A DNA stretch of 64,000 bases from Eledone cirrhosa (Eukaryota), in NCBI GenBank assembly GCA_964016885.1, contig OZ024740.1, positions 30,008,001 through 30,072,000 on the forward strand, in the 5' to 3' direction. This document shows positions 30,601 to 45,600 of this stretch, one piece after another. The position numbers were made by a program, and so were the translations under genes. Below the pieces are notes generated by a model that was not told where the DNA came from, did no database searches, and worked only from the letters and a program-made list of their open reading frames with translations. Each line of letters starts with the position of its first letter. The stretch's first letter is position 1.

Positions 30601-33600
30601 CTATCCCGTAACTGTTGGGACTTCTGGTATCCTTGGCCTTAGTACCACCTCCCTACTCACCACCATCAGCACCTTGTAATAGTGCAGACATCTGGTGTTG
30701 TTGGCCCTAGGACCACCTCCTTACTCAACACCATCTGTACCCCGTAATTGTGGAGACCTCTGGAGACCTTGGCCCTAGGACCACCTCCCTACTCACCACC
30801 ATCGGTACCACGTAACTGGTGGAGACTTCCGGTGTCCTTGGCCCTAGGACCACCTCCCTACTCCCGACCATCGGTACGCCGTAACTGTGGAGATTTCTGG
30901 TGTCCTTGGCCCTAGGAACAAGTCCCTACTCCCGACCATCGGTAAGCCGTAACTGTGGAGACTTCTGGTGTCATTGGACCTAGGACCACTTCCCTACTCA
31001 CCAACATCAGTACCCCGTACCTGTGGAAACCTATGGTGGCCTTGGCTCTAGTACCACCTCCCTACTCACCACCATCGCTACCCCGTTATGTGGATATTTC
31101 TGGTGTCCTTGGCCCTAGGACCACCTCCCTACACACCACCATCTGTAACTCGTAACTGTGGATACTTCTGATATCCATGGCCCTAGGACCACCTCCCTAC
31201 TCACCACCATCGCTACCCCGTGATTGTGGACACTTCTGTTGTCCTTAGCCCTAGGACCACATCTTTAATCACTACCATCAGTACCCCATAACTGTGGAAA
31301 CTTCTGGTGTTTTTGGCCCTAGGACCACCACCCTATTCACCACCATATGCACCCCGTAACTGTGGAAACCTCTTGTGTCCTTGGCCCTATGACCACCTCC
31401 CTACTCACCACCATCGCTACCCCGCTATGTGCAGATTTCTGGTTTCCTTTGCCCTAGGACCACCTGCCTACACACCACCATCTGTACCTCGTAACTGTGG
31501 AGACTTCTGGTATCCTTGGCCTAGGACCACCTCCCTACTCAACACCATCGGTACACCTTAACTGTGGGGACTTCTGGAGTCCTTGATCCTAGGACCACCT
31601 CCCTACTCACCACCATCGCTATCCCGTAACTGTGGAGACTTTTGGTGTCCTTGGCCCTAGGACCACCTCCCTTCTCACCACCATCGGTACGCCGTAACTG
31701 TGGAGACTTCTGGTGTCCTTGCCCCTAGGACTGCCTCCCTACTCAAAACATCTGTACCCCAAAACTGAGGAGACATCTGGTATCCTTGGCCCTAGGACCA
31801 CCTCCCTACTCAAAACCATCGGTATCCCGTAACAGTTGGGACTTCTGGTATCCTTGGCCTTCGTACCACCTCCCTACTCACCACCATCAGCACCTTGTAA
31901 TAGTGCAGACATCTGGTGTTGTTGGCCCTAGGACCACCTACTTACTCACCACCATCTGTACCCCGTAATTGTGGAGACCTCTGGAGACCTTGGCCCTAGG
32001 ACCACCTCCCTACTCACCACCATCGGTACCACGTAACTGGTGGAGACTTCCGGTGTCCTTGGCCCTAGGACCACCTCCCTACTCCCGACCATCGGTACGC
32101 CGTAACTGTGGAGATTTCTGGTGTCCTTCGCCCTAGGAACACGTCCCTACTCCCGACCATCGGTAAGCCGTAACTGTGGAGACTTCTGGTGTCATTGGCC
32201 CTAGGACCACCTCCCTACTCACCACCATCAGTACCCCGTAACTGTGGAAACCTCTGGTGGCCTTGGCTCTAGTACCACCTCCCTACTCACCACGATCGCT
32301 ACCCCGTTATGTGAATATTTCTGGTGTCCTTGGCCCTAGGACCACCTCCTTACACACCACCATCTGTAACTCGTAACTGTGGATACTTCTGATATCCATG
32401 GCCCTAGGACCACCTCCCTACTCACCACCATCGCTACCCCGTGATTGTGGACACTTCTGGTGTCCTTAGCCCTAGGACCACCTCTTTAATCACTACCATC
32501 AGTACCCCATAACTGTGGAAACTTCTGGTGTTTTGGGCCCTAGGACCACCACCCTATTCACCACCATATGCACCCCGTAACTGTGGAAACCTCTTGTGTC
32601 CTTGGCCCTAGGACCACCTCCCTACTCACCACCATCGCTACCCCGCTATGTGCAGATTTCTGGTTTCCTTTGCCCTAGGACCACCTGCCTACACACCACC
32701 ATCTGTACCTCGTAACTGTGGAGACTTCTGGTATCCTTGGCCTAGGACCACCTCCCTACTCAACACCATCGGTACACCGTAACTGTGGGGACTTCTGGAG
32801 TCCTTGATCCTAGGACCACCTCCCTACTCACCACCATCGCTATCCCGTAACTGTGGAGACTTTTGGTGTCCTTGGCCGGTGGACCACCTCCCTATTCACC
32901 ACCATCGGTACCTCATGATTGTGGATAACTCTGGTGTCCTTGGCCCTAGGACCACCTCCCTACTCTCGACCAGCGGTACCCCATAACTGTGGAGACCTCT
33001 GGTGTCATTGGCCCTAGGACCACCTCCCTACTCACCACCATCAGCACCTCAAAATTGTGAAGACCTCTGGTGTCATTGGCCCTAGGACCACCTCCCTACT
33101 CACCACCATCAGCACCTTATAATTGTGGAGACCTCTGGGGTCCTTGCCCCTAGGACTACCTCCCTACTCACCAACAGCTGTACCCGGAAACTGTGGAGAC
33201 TTCTGGTATCCTTGGCCCTAGGACCACCTCCGTACTCCCAACCATCGGTACCCCGTAACTGTGGGGACTTTTGGTGTCCTTGGCCCTAGGACCACCTTCC
33301 TACTCACGAACATCTCCACGCCGTAAGTGTGGAGTATTCTGGTATCCTTGGCCCTAGGACCACCTCTCTACTCACGACCATCGGTACCCCATAACTGTGG
33401 ACACCTCTAGTGTCCTTGGCCCTAGGACCACCTCCATACTCACCACCATCAGCACCTTGTAATAGTGGAGACCTCTGGTGTGGTTGGCCCTAGGACCACC
33501 TCCCTACTCACCACCATCTGTCCCCCTTAACTGTCGAGATTTCTGTTATCCTTGGCCCTACGACCACCTCCCTACTCTCCACCACCGCTACGCCGTAAGT

Positions 33601-36600
33601 GTGGAGGCTTCTGGTATCCTTGGCCCTAGTACCACCTCCCTACTCACCACCATCGGTACCCCATCACTGTGGAAACCTCTGGCGGACTTGGCCCTAGGAC
33701 CACCTCCCTACTCACCACCATCGGTACCTCGTAACTGTGGAATCCACTGGTCTCCTTGGTCCTAGGACCACCTCCCTACTCACCATCATCGCTACCCCGT
33801 TACTGTGGAGACCTCTGGTGTCCTTGGCCCTAGGACCACCTCCTTACTCACCAACATCGGTACCCGTAACTGTGGAGACTTCTGGTGTCCTTGGCCCTAG
33901 GACCACCTTCCTACTCACGACCATCGCCACGCCGTAAGTGTGGAGTATTCTGGTATCCTTGGCCCAAGGACCACCTCTCTACTCACGACCATCGGTTCCC
34001 CCAAACTGTGGAGACCTCTTGTGTCCTTGGTCCTAGGACCACCTCCCTACTCACCACCATCAGCACCTTGTAATGGTGGAGACCTCTGTTGTCCTTGGCC
34101 CTAGAACCACCTCCCTATTCACCACCATCTGCACCCCGTAACTGTTGGAAACCTCTGGAGTCCTTTGCTCTAGGACCACCTAACTACTCACCACCATCTG
34201 TACCTCGTTACTGTGGAGACCTCTGGTAACATTAGCCCTAGGACCACCTCCCTACTGAACACCATCGGTACCCCGTAACTGTGGGGACTTCTGGTGTCCT
34301 TGATCCTAAAACCACATCCCTACTCACCACCATCGCTACCCCGTTACTGTTGAGATCTCTGGTGTCCTTGGCCCTAGGACCACCTCCCTACTCACCACCA
34401 TCAGCATCTTGTAATAGTGGAGACCTCTGGTGTCCTTGTCCTTAGGACCACCTCCTTACTCACCACCATCGCTACCGCTACCCCGTTACTGTGGAGATCT
34501 CTGGTGTCCTTGGCCCTAGGACCACCTCCCTACTCACCACCATCAGCATCTTGTAATAGTGGAAACCTCTGGTGTCCTTGGCCCTAGGACCACCTCCTTA
34601 CTCACCACCATCGCTACCCCGTTACTGTGGAGACTTCTGGTGACCTTGGCTTAGGACCACCTCCGACTCACCACCATCAGTACCCCGTAAATGTGGAGAC
34701 TTCTGGTGTCCTTGGCCCTAGGACCACCTCCCTACTCACCAGCATCGGTACCCCGTAACTGTGGACACCTCTGGTGCCCTCGGCCTTAGGACCACCTCCC
34801 TACTCACCACCATCGCTACCCCGTTATGTGGGTATTTCTGGTGTCCTTAGCCCTAAGGACCACCTCCCTACACACCACCATCTGTACCTCGTAACTGTGG
34901 AGGCTTCTGGTTTCCTAGGCCCTAGGACCACCTTCCTACTCACCACCATCGGTACCCCATAACTGTGGGGACTTCTGGTGTCCTTGGCCCTAGGACCACC
35001 GCCCTACTCACGACCATGGCTACGCAGTAAGTGTGGAGACTTCTGGTATCCTTGACCCTAGGACCACCTCCCTACTCACCACCATCGGTACCTCGTAACT
35101 GTGGAAACCACTGGTGTTATTGGCCAAAGTATCACCTCCCTACTCACCACCATCGCTACCCCGTTAGTGTGGAGACCTCTGGTGTCCTTGGCCGTAGGAC
35201 CACCTCCTAACTCACCAACATCGGTAGCGGTAACTGTGGAGTCTTCTGGTGTCCTTGGCCCTAGGACCACCTCCCTACTCACCACCATCGGTACCTCGTA
35301 ACTCTGCAGACCTCTGGTGTCCTCGGCCCTAGGACCACCTCCCTACTCACGACCATCGTTACCCCATAACTGTGAAGACCTATTGTGTCCTTGGTCCTAG
35401 GACCACCTCGCTACTCACCATCATCAGCACCTTGTAATAATGGTGAGCTCTGGTGTCGTTGGCCCTAGGACCACCTCTTTACTCACCACCATCGGTACGC
35501 CGTAACTGTGGAGACTACTGGTATCCTTAGCCTTAGGACCACCTCCCTACACACGACCAACGGTATGCCGTAACTGTGGAGACTTCTGGTGTCTTTGGCC
35601 CTAGGACCACGTCCCTACTCACCACCATCAGTACCCCGTAACTATGGGGTCTTCTGGTGTCCTTGGCCCTAATACCACCTCCTTACTCACCACTATCGCT
35701 ATCCCGTTACTGTTGAGACTTCTGGTGTCCTTGGCCTTAGGACCACCTCCCTACTAACCACCATCGCTACCCCGTTATGTGGAGATTTCTGGTGTCCTTG
35801 GCCCTAGGACCACCTCCCTACACACCACCATCTGCACCTCGTAACTGTGGAGACTTCTGGTGTCCTTGATCCTAGGTCCACATCCCTACTCACCACCATC
35901 GTGATCGCGTAACTGTGGAGACTTTTGGTGTCCTTGGCCCGTGGACCACCTCCATACACACCACCATCAGCACCTTGTAATAGTGGATACCTCTGGTGTC
36001 CTTAGCCCTAGGACTACCTTCTTACTCACCACCATCGGTACACCGTAACTGTGGAGACTTCTGGTGTCCTTGGCCCTAGGACCACCTCCCTACTCACCAA
36101 CAGCGGTACACCGTAATTGTGGAGACTTCTGGTGTACTTGGCCTTAGGACCAGCTCCCTACTCACGACCATCGGTACCCCGTAAGTGTGGTGACTTTCGG
36201 TGTCCTGGGCCCTAGGACCACCTCCCTACTCACCACCATCGGTACCCCGTAACTGTGGGGACTTCTGGGATCCTTGGCCTTAGGATCACCTCCCTACACA
36301 CGACCATCGGTATGCCGTAACTGTGGAGACTTCTGGTGTCTTTGGCACCAGGACCACCTCCCTACTCACCACCATCAGTACCCCGTAACTATGGGGTGTT
36401 CTGGTGTACTTGGCCCTAGTACCACCTCCTTACTCACCACCATCGATAACCCGTTACTGTGGAGACCTCTGGTGTCCTTGGCCCTAGGACCACCTCCCTA
36501 CTCACCACCATCGCTACATCGTTACTGTGGAGACTTCTGGTATCCTTGGCCTTAGGACCGCCTCTCTACTCACGACAATCAGTACGCCGTAACTGTGGAG

Positions 36601-39600
36601 ACTTCCGGTGTCCTTGGCCCTAGGACCACCTCGCTATTCACCACCATCAGAACCCCGTAAGAGTGGAAACCTCTGGTGTCCTTGGGCCTAGGACCATCTC
36701 CCTACTCACCACCATCGGTACCCCATAACTGTGGAGACATCTGGTATCCTTGTCCTTAGGACTACCTCCCTACTCACGACCATCTATACGCCGTAACTGT
36801 GGAGACTTCCGGTGTCCTTGGCCCTAGGTTCACCTCCCTACTCACCACGATCGCTACCCTGTAACTGTGGAAACTTCTGGTATCCTTGGCCCTATGACCA
36901 CCTCCCTACTCACCAACATCGGTACCCCGTAACTGTGGGGACTTCAGGTGTGCTTGGCTCTTGGACCACCTCCCTACTCACGACCATCGTGATCGCGTAA
37001 CTGTGGAGACTTTTGGTGTCCTTGGCCCGTGGACCACCTCCCTACACACCACCATCAGCACCTTGTAATAGTGGATACCTCTGGTGTCCTTAGCCTAGGA
37101 CCACCTCCTTACTCACCACCATCGGTACCCCGTAACTGCGGAGACTTCTGGTATCCTTGGCCTTAGGACCACTTGCCTACTCACCACCATCGGTACCCCG
37201 TAACTGTGGAGACTTATGGTATCCTTGGCCTTAAGACCACCTCCCTACTCACCACCATCAGCACCTTGTAATAGTGGAGACCTCTGGTGTCCTTAGCCCT
37301 AGGACCACCTCCTTACTCACCACCATCGCTACCCCGTTAGTGAGGAAACCTCTGGTGTCCTTGGCCGTAGCACCACCTCCCTACTCACCACCATCGTTAG
37401 CCCGTAACTGTGGAGACTTCTGGTGTCCTTGGCCCTAGGACCACCTCCCTATTCACCACCATCAGCACCCCGTAACTATGGGAACCTCTGGTGTCCTTGG
37501 CCCTAGGACCAACTCCATACTCACCACAATCGTTACCCCGTTATGTGGTGATTTCTGATGTCCTTGGCCCTAAGACCACCTCCCTACTCACCACCATCAG
37601 CACCTTGTAATAGTTAAGACCTCTGGTGTCGTTGGAACTAGGTCCACCTCCTTACTCACCACCATCTGTAACCCTTAACTGTGGAGACCTCTGGTGAGCT
37701 TGGCCCTAGGACCACCTCCATACACACCACCATCGGTACCTCATAACTGTGGAGACCTCTGGTGTCCTTGGCCCTAGGACCACCTCTTTACTCACCACCA
37801 TCGGTACCCCGTAAGTGTGGAGACTTCCGGTGTCCTTGACCCTAGGACCACCTCCCTACTCACCACCATCGGTATCCCGTAACTGTGGGGACTTCTGGTG
37901 TCCTTGGCCCTAGGACCACCTCCCTACTCACGACAATCGCTACGCCGTAAGTGTGGAGACTTCTGGTATCCTTGGCCCTAGGTCCACCACCCTACTCACC
38001 ACCATCGGTACCCCATAAATGTAGAGACCTCTGGTGACCTTGGTCCTAGGACGACCTCCCTATTCACCACCATCGGTACCTCGAATCTGTGGAAACCTCT
38101 GGTGTTCTTGGCCCTAGTACCACCTCCCTACTCACCACCATCGGTACCTCGAATCTGTGGAAACCTCTGGTGTTGTTGGCCCTAGTACCACCTCCCTACT
38201 CACCACCGTCGCTACCCCGTTACTGTGGAGACCTCTGGTCTCCTTGGCCGTAGGACCACCTCCTTATTCACCACCATCAGTACCCGGAAACTGTGGAAAC
38301 CTCTGGTGTCCTTGGCCCTAGGACCACCTCAATACTCACGACCATCGGTACCCCGTAATTGTGGAGACTTCTGGTGTCCTTGACCCTAGGACCACATCCC
38401 TATTCACCACCATCAGTGTGGAAACCTCTGGTGTCGTTGGCCCTAGGACCATCTCCCTTACTCACCACCATCGGTACCCCGTAAGTGTGGAGACTTCTGG
38501 TGTCCTTGGTCCTAGAATCACCTCACTACTCACGACCATCGGTATGCCGTAACACTGGAGACTTCTGGTGTTTTTGGCCCTACTACCACCTCCCTACTCA
38601 CCACCATCGGTACCCCGTAACTTTGGGGACTTCTGGTGTCCTTGATCCTAGGACCACTTCCCTACTCAGCACCATCGCCATCGCGTAACTGTGGAGACTT
38701 TTGGTGTCCTTGGCCCTTGGACCACCTCCCTACTCACCACCATCGGTGCCACATAATTGTGGAGACCTCTGGTGTCCTTGGCCCTAGGACCACCTCCCTA
38801 CTAACGACCATCGGTACCCCATAACTGTGGGGACCTCTGGTGTCCTTGGCCCAAGGACCACCTCCCTACTCACCACCATCAGCACCTTGTAATAGTGGAG
38901 ACCTCTGGTGTCCTTAGCCCTAGGACCACCTCCTTACTCACCACCATCGCTACCCCGTTACTGTGGAGACCTCTAGTATCCTTGGCCCTAAAACCACCTC
39001 CCTACTCACCAACATCGCTACCCCGTTAGTGTGGAAACCTCTGGTGTCCTTGGCCCTAGGACCACCTCCCTACTCACCACCATCGGTACCCCGTAACTGT
39101 GGAGACTTCTGGTGTCCTTAGCCCTAGGACCACTTCCCTATTCACCACCATCAGCACCCCGTAACTATGGAAACCTCTGGTGTCATTGGCCCTAGGACCA
39201 ACTCCATACTCACCACAATCGCTACCCCGTTATGTGGAGATTTCTGGTGTCCTTGGCCCTAAGACCACCTCCCTACTCACCACCATCAGCACCTTGTAAT
39301 AGTGAAGACCTCTGGTGTCGTTGGAACTAGGTCCACCTCCTTACTCACCACCATCTGTAACCCGTAACTGTGGAGACCTCTGGTGACCTTGGCCCTAGGA
39401 CCACCTCCATACTCACCACCATCGGTACCTCATAAGTGTGGAGACCTCTGGTGTCCTTGGCCCTAGGACCACCTCCCTACTCACCACCATCGTTACCCCT
39501 TAACTGTGGAGACTACTGGTGTCCTTGGCGATAGGCCCACCTCCTTACTCACCACATTCGGTACCCCGTAACTGTGGAGACTTCTGGTATCCTTGGCCCT

Positions 39601-42600
39601 AGGTCCACCTCCCTACTCACCACCATCGGTACCGCATAACTGTAGACACCTCTGGTGACCTTGGTCCTAGGACTATCTCCCTACTCACCACCATCGGTAC
39701 CTCGTATCTGTGGAAACTTCTGGTGTTCTTGGCCCTAGTACCAACTCCCTACTCACCACCATCGCTACCCCGTTACTGTGGAGACCTCTGGTCTCCTTGG
39801 CCGTAGGACCACCTCCCTATTCACCACCATCAGCACCCCGTTACTGTGGAAACCTCTGGTGTCCTTGGCCCTAGGACCACCTCACTACTCACCACCATCG
39901 GTACCCCGTAACTTTGAAGACTTCTGTAGACTTTGGCCCTAGGACCACATCCCTATTCACCACCATCAGCACCCCGTAAGTGTGAAAACCTCTGGTGTCG
40001 TTGGCCCTAGGACCATCTCCCTATTCACCACCATCGGTACACCGTAACTGTCGAGACTTCTGAAATCCGTGACCATAGGACCACCTCCCTACTCACCACC
40101 ATCGGTACCTCGTATCTGTGGAAACCTCTGGTGTTCTTGGCCCTAGTACCAACTCCCTACTCACCACCATCGCTACATCGTTACTGTGGAGACTTCTGAT
40201 GTCCTTGGCCCTACGACCACCTCCCTACTCACCACCATCTGTACCTCGTAACTGTGGTGACCTCTGGTGTCCTTGGCCCTACGACCAACTCCCTACTCAC
40301 CACAATCGCTACCCCGTTACTGTGGAGACCTCTAGTGTCCTTGGCCCTAAAACCACCTCCCTACTCACCACCATCGCTACCCCGTTAGTGTTGAAACCTC
40401 TGGTGTCCTTGGCCATAGGACCACCTCCTTACTCACCACCATCGGTACGCTATAACTGTGGAGACCTCTAGTGTCCTTGGCCCTAAAAGCACCTCCCTAC
40501 TCACCACCATCGCTACCCCGTTAGTGTGGAAACCTCTGGTGTCCTTGGCCCTAGGACCACCTCCCTACTAACCACCATCGATACCCCGTAACTGTGGGGA
40601 CTTCCGGTGTCCTTGGCCCTAGGACTACCTCCATAATCACGACCATCGCTACGCCGTAAGTGTGGAGACCTGGTAACCTTGGCCCTAAAACCACCTCCCT
40701 ACTCACCACCCTCGGTACCTCGTATCTGTGGAAACCTCTGGTGTTCTTGGCCCTAGTACCACCTCCTTACTCACCACCATCGCTATCCCTTTACTGTGGA
40801 GACCACTGGTCTCCTTGGCCGTAGGAACAACTCCTTATTCACCACCATCGCTACCCCGTAACTGTGGAGACTTCTGGAGTCCTTGGCCCAAGGACCACCT
40901 CCCTAATCACCACCATCAGCACCCCGTGACTATGGAAACCTCTGGTGTCCTTGGCCCTAGGACCAACTCCATACTCACCACAATCGCTACCCCGTTATGT
41001 GGAGATTTCTGGTGTCCTTGACCCTAAGACCACCTCCCTACTCACCACCATCAGCACCTTGCAATAGTGGAGACCTCTGGTTTCGTTGGAACTAGGTCCA
41101 CCTCCTTACTCACCACCATCTGTAACCCGTTACTGTGGAGACTTTTGGTGTCTTTGGCCCTAGAACCACCTCCCTACTCACCACCATCAGTACCCCGTAA
41201 CTGTGGGGACTTCTGGTGTCCTTGGCCCTAGTACCACCTCATTACTCACCACCATCGCTACCCCGTTACTGTGGAGCTTTCTGGAGTCCTGGGCCCTAGG
41301 ACCACCTCCCTACTCACCACCATGAGTACCCTGTAATTGTGGAGACTTCTGGGGTCCTTGGCCCTAGGACCACCTCCTTATTAACCACAATCAGAACCCC
41401 GTAAGAGTGGAAACCTCTGATGTCCTTGGCCCTAGGACCACCTCCCTACTCACCACCATTTGTACCTCGTAACTGTGGAGACTTCTGGTATCCTTGGCTC
41501 TAGGACCACCTCCCTACTCAACACCATCGGTACCGCGTAACTGTGGGGACTTCTGGTGTCCTTGGCCCGTGGACCACCTCCCTACTCACCACCATCGCCA
41601 TCGCGTAACTGTGGAGACCTGTGGTGTCCTTGGCCCTAGGACCACCTCCCTACTAACGACCATCGGTACCCCATAACTGTGGAGACCTGTGGTGTCCTTG
41701 GCCCTAGGACCACCTCCCTACTCAACACCATCAGCACCTTGTAATAGTGGAGACCTCTGGTGTCCTTGGCCCTAGGACCAACTCCCTACTCACCACCATC
41801 GCTACCCCGTTAATGTTGAAACCTCTGATGTCCTTGGCCCTAGGACCACCTCCCTACTCACCACCATCGGTACCCCATAACTGTGGAGACGTCTGGTGAC
41901 CGTGGTCCTAGGACCACCTCCCTACTCACCACCATCGGTACCTCGTATCTGTGGAATCCTCTGGTGTTCTTGGCCCTAGTACCACCTCCCTACTCACTAC
42001 CATCGCTATCCCGTTACTGTGGAGACCTCTGGTCTCCTTGGCCGTAGGAACACCTCCCTATTCACCACCATCAGCACCCCGTAACTGTGGAAACCTCTGG
42101 TGTCCTTGTCCCTAGGACCACCTCCCTACTCATCACCATCGGAACCCCGTAACTGTGGAGACTTCTGGTGTCCTTGGCCCTAGGACCACATCCCTATTCA
42201 CCACCATCAGCACCCCGTAAGTGTGGAAACCTCTGGTGTCTTTGGCCCTGGGACCATCTCCCCTACTTTCCACCATCGGTACCTCATAACTGTGGAGACT
42301 TCTGGTGTCGTTGGCCCTAGGGCCACCTCCCTACTCACCACCATCGGTACCTCATTACTGTGGTGACCTCTGGTGTCCTTGGCCCTAGAACCACCTCTTT
42401 ACTCACCACCATCGGTACCCCGTAACTGTGGAGACCTCTGGTGACCTTGGCCCTAGGACCACCTCCATACTCACCACCATCGGTACCTCATAACTCTAGT
42501 GACCTCTGGTGTCCTTGGCCCTAGGACCACCACTTTACTCACCACCATCGGTACCCCGTAACTCTGGAGACTTCTGGTGTTTTTGGCCCTAATACCACCT

Positions 42601-45600
42601 CCCTACTCACCACTATCGGTACCGCGTAACTGTGGGGACTTCTGGTGTCCTTGATCCTAGGTCCACTTCCATACTCACCACCATCGCCATCGCGTGACTG
42701 TGGAGACTTTTGGTGTACTTGGCCCGTGGACCACCTCCCTACTCACCACCATCGGGGCCACATAATTGTGGAGACCTCTGGTGTCCTTGGCCCTAGGACC
42801 ACCTCCCTACTAACGACCATCGGTACCCCATAACTGTGGAGACCTCTGGTGTCCTTAGCCCTAGGACCACCTGCTTACTCACCACCATCGCTACCCCGTT
42901 ACTGTGGAAACCTCTAGTGTCCTTGGCCCTAAAACCACCTCCCTACTCACCACCATCGCTACCACGTTAGTGTGGAAACCTCTGCTGTCCTTGGCCCTAG
43001 GAGCACCTCCCTATTCACCACCATCAGCACCCCGTAACTATGGAAACCTCTGGTGTCCTTGGCCCAACTCCATACTCACCACAATCGCTACTCCGTTATC
43101 TGGAGATTTCTTGTGTCCTCTGCCCTAAGACCACCTCCCTACTTACCACCATCAGCACCCCGTAAGTGTGGAAACCTCTGGTGTCGTTGGCCCTAGGACC
43201 ATCTCCCTACTCACCACCATCGGTACCCTGTAACTGTGAAACTTCTGATATCCGTGACCCTAGGACCACCTCTTTACTCACCACCATCGGTACCCCGTAA
43301 CTGTGGTGACTTCTGGTGTCCTTGGCCATAGGACCACCCCCCTACTAACGACCATCGGTACGCCGTAACTGTGGAGACTTCTGGTGTCCTTGGCCCTAGG
43401 ATCACCTTCCTACTCACGACCATCGGTATGCCGTAACTCTGGAGACTTCTGGTGTCCTTGATCCTAGGACCACCTCCCTACTCACCACCATCGCCATCGC
43501 GTAACTGTGGAGACTTTTGGTGTCCTTGGACCGTGGACCACCTCCCTACTCACCACCATCGGTGCCACATAATTGTAGAGACCTCTGGTGTCCTTGGCCC
43601 TAGGAACACCTCCCTACTAACGACCATCGGTACCCCATAACTGTGGAGACCTCTGGTGTCCTTGGCCCTAGGACCACCTCTCTATTCACCACAATCATCA
43701 CCCCGTAACTATGGAAACCTATGGTGTCCTTGGCCCTAGGACCAACTCCATACTCACCACAATCGCTACCCCGTAATGTGGAGACTTCTGGTGTCCTTGG
43801 CCCTAAGACCACATCCCTACTCACCACCATCAGCACCTTGTAATAGTGGAGACCTCTGGTGTCGTTGGAACTAGGTCCACCTCCTTACTCACCACCATCT
43901 GTAACCCTTAACTGTGGGGACCTCTGGTGACCTTGGCCCTAGGACCACCTCCATACTCACCACCATCGGTACCTCATAACTGTGGAGACCTCTGGTGTCC
44001 TTGGCCCAAGGACCACCTTCTTGACTCACCACCATCGGTGCCCCGTAAGTGTGGGGACTTCCGGTGTCCTTGGCCCTAGGACCACCTCCCTACTCACGAC
44101 CATCGGTACGCCGTAACTGTGGAGACTTCTGGTGTCCTTGGCACTAGGACCATTTCCCTACTCACCACCATCGGTACCTCGTAACTGTGGAGATCTCTGG
44201 TGTCCTTGGCCCTAGGACCACCTCCCTACTCACCATCATCAGTACCCTGTAACTGTGGAGACTTCTGGTGTCCTTGGTCCGAGGACCACCTCCCTATTCA
44301 CCACAGCACCCCGTAACTGTAGAGACCTCTGGTGTTTTTGGCCCTGTGCCCTGTAACGGTGGAGATTTCTGGTGTCCTTGGCCCTAGGACCACCTCCCTA
44401 ATCACCACCATCAGCACCCCGTAAGAGTGGAAACCTCTGGTGTCCTTGGCCCTAGGACCACCTCCCTACTTACCACCATCGCTACTCCGTTACTGTGGAG
44501 ACCTCTGGAGTCCTTGGCCCTAGGATCACCTCCCTACTCACCACCATCGCTACCCCGTTACTTTTGAGACCTCTGGTCTCCTTCGCCCTAGGACCATCTC
44601 CCTACTCACCACCATCGCTACCCGTTACTGTGGAGACTTCTGGTGTTCCTTGGCCCTAGGACCAACTCCCTAATCACCACCACAGTACCCCGTAACTGTG
44701 TAGACTTCTGGTGTCCTTGGCCCTAGGACCACCTCCCTACTCACCACTATCGTTACCCCGTTACTGTGGAGACCTCTGGTGTCCTTGGCGCTAAGACCAC
44801 CGCCCTACTCACCACCATCGGTACCTCGTAACTGTGGAGACCTCTGGTATCCTAGACCCTAGGACCACCTCCCTACTCACAACCATCGTTACCCCATAAC
44901 TGTGGAGACCTCTTGTGTCCTTGGTCCTACGACTACCTCCCTACTCACTACCATCAGCACCTTGTAATAGTGGAGATCTCTGGTATCGTTGGACCTGGGA
45001 CCACCTCCTTACTCACCACCATCTATAATCCGTAACTGTGGAGAGCTCTGGTGACCTTGGGCCTAGGACCCCCTCCATACTCACCACCATCGGTACCTCA
45101 TAACTGTGGATATCTCTGGTGTCCTTGGCGCTAAGTCCACCTCTATACTCACCACCATCGGTACCACGTAAGTGTGGATACTTCTGGTGTCCTTGGCCCT
45201 AGGACCACCTCCCTACACACCACAATCGGTACCTCATAACTGTGGTGACCTCTGGTGTCCATGGCCCTAGGACCACCTCTTTACTAACCACCATCGGTAC
45301 CCCGTTACTGTGGAGACTTCTGGTGTCCTTGGCTCTAGGACCGCCTCCCTACTCACCACCATCAGTACCCTGTAACTGTGGAGACTTCTGGTGTCCTTGG
45401 CCGTAGGACCACCTCCCTATTCACCACCATCAGGACCCCGTATGAGTGGAAACCTCTGGTGTCCTTGGCCCTAGGACCACCTCCCTACTCACCACCATCG
45501 TTACCCCGTTACTGTGGAGACCTCTGGTGTCCTTGGCGCTAGGACCACCTCCATACTCACCACCATCGGTACCTCGTAACTGTGGGGACCTCTGGTATCC

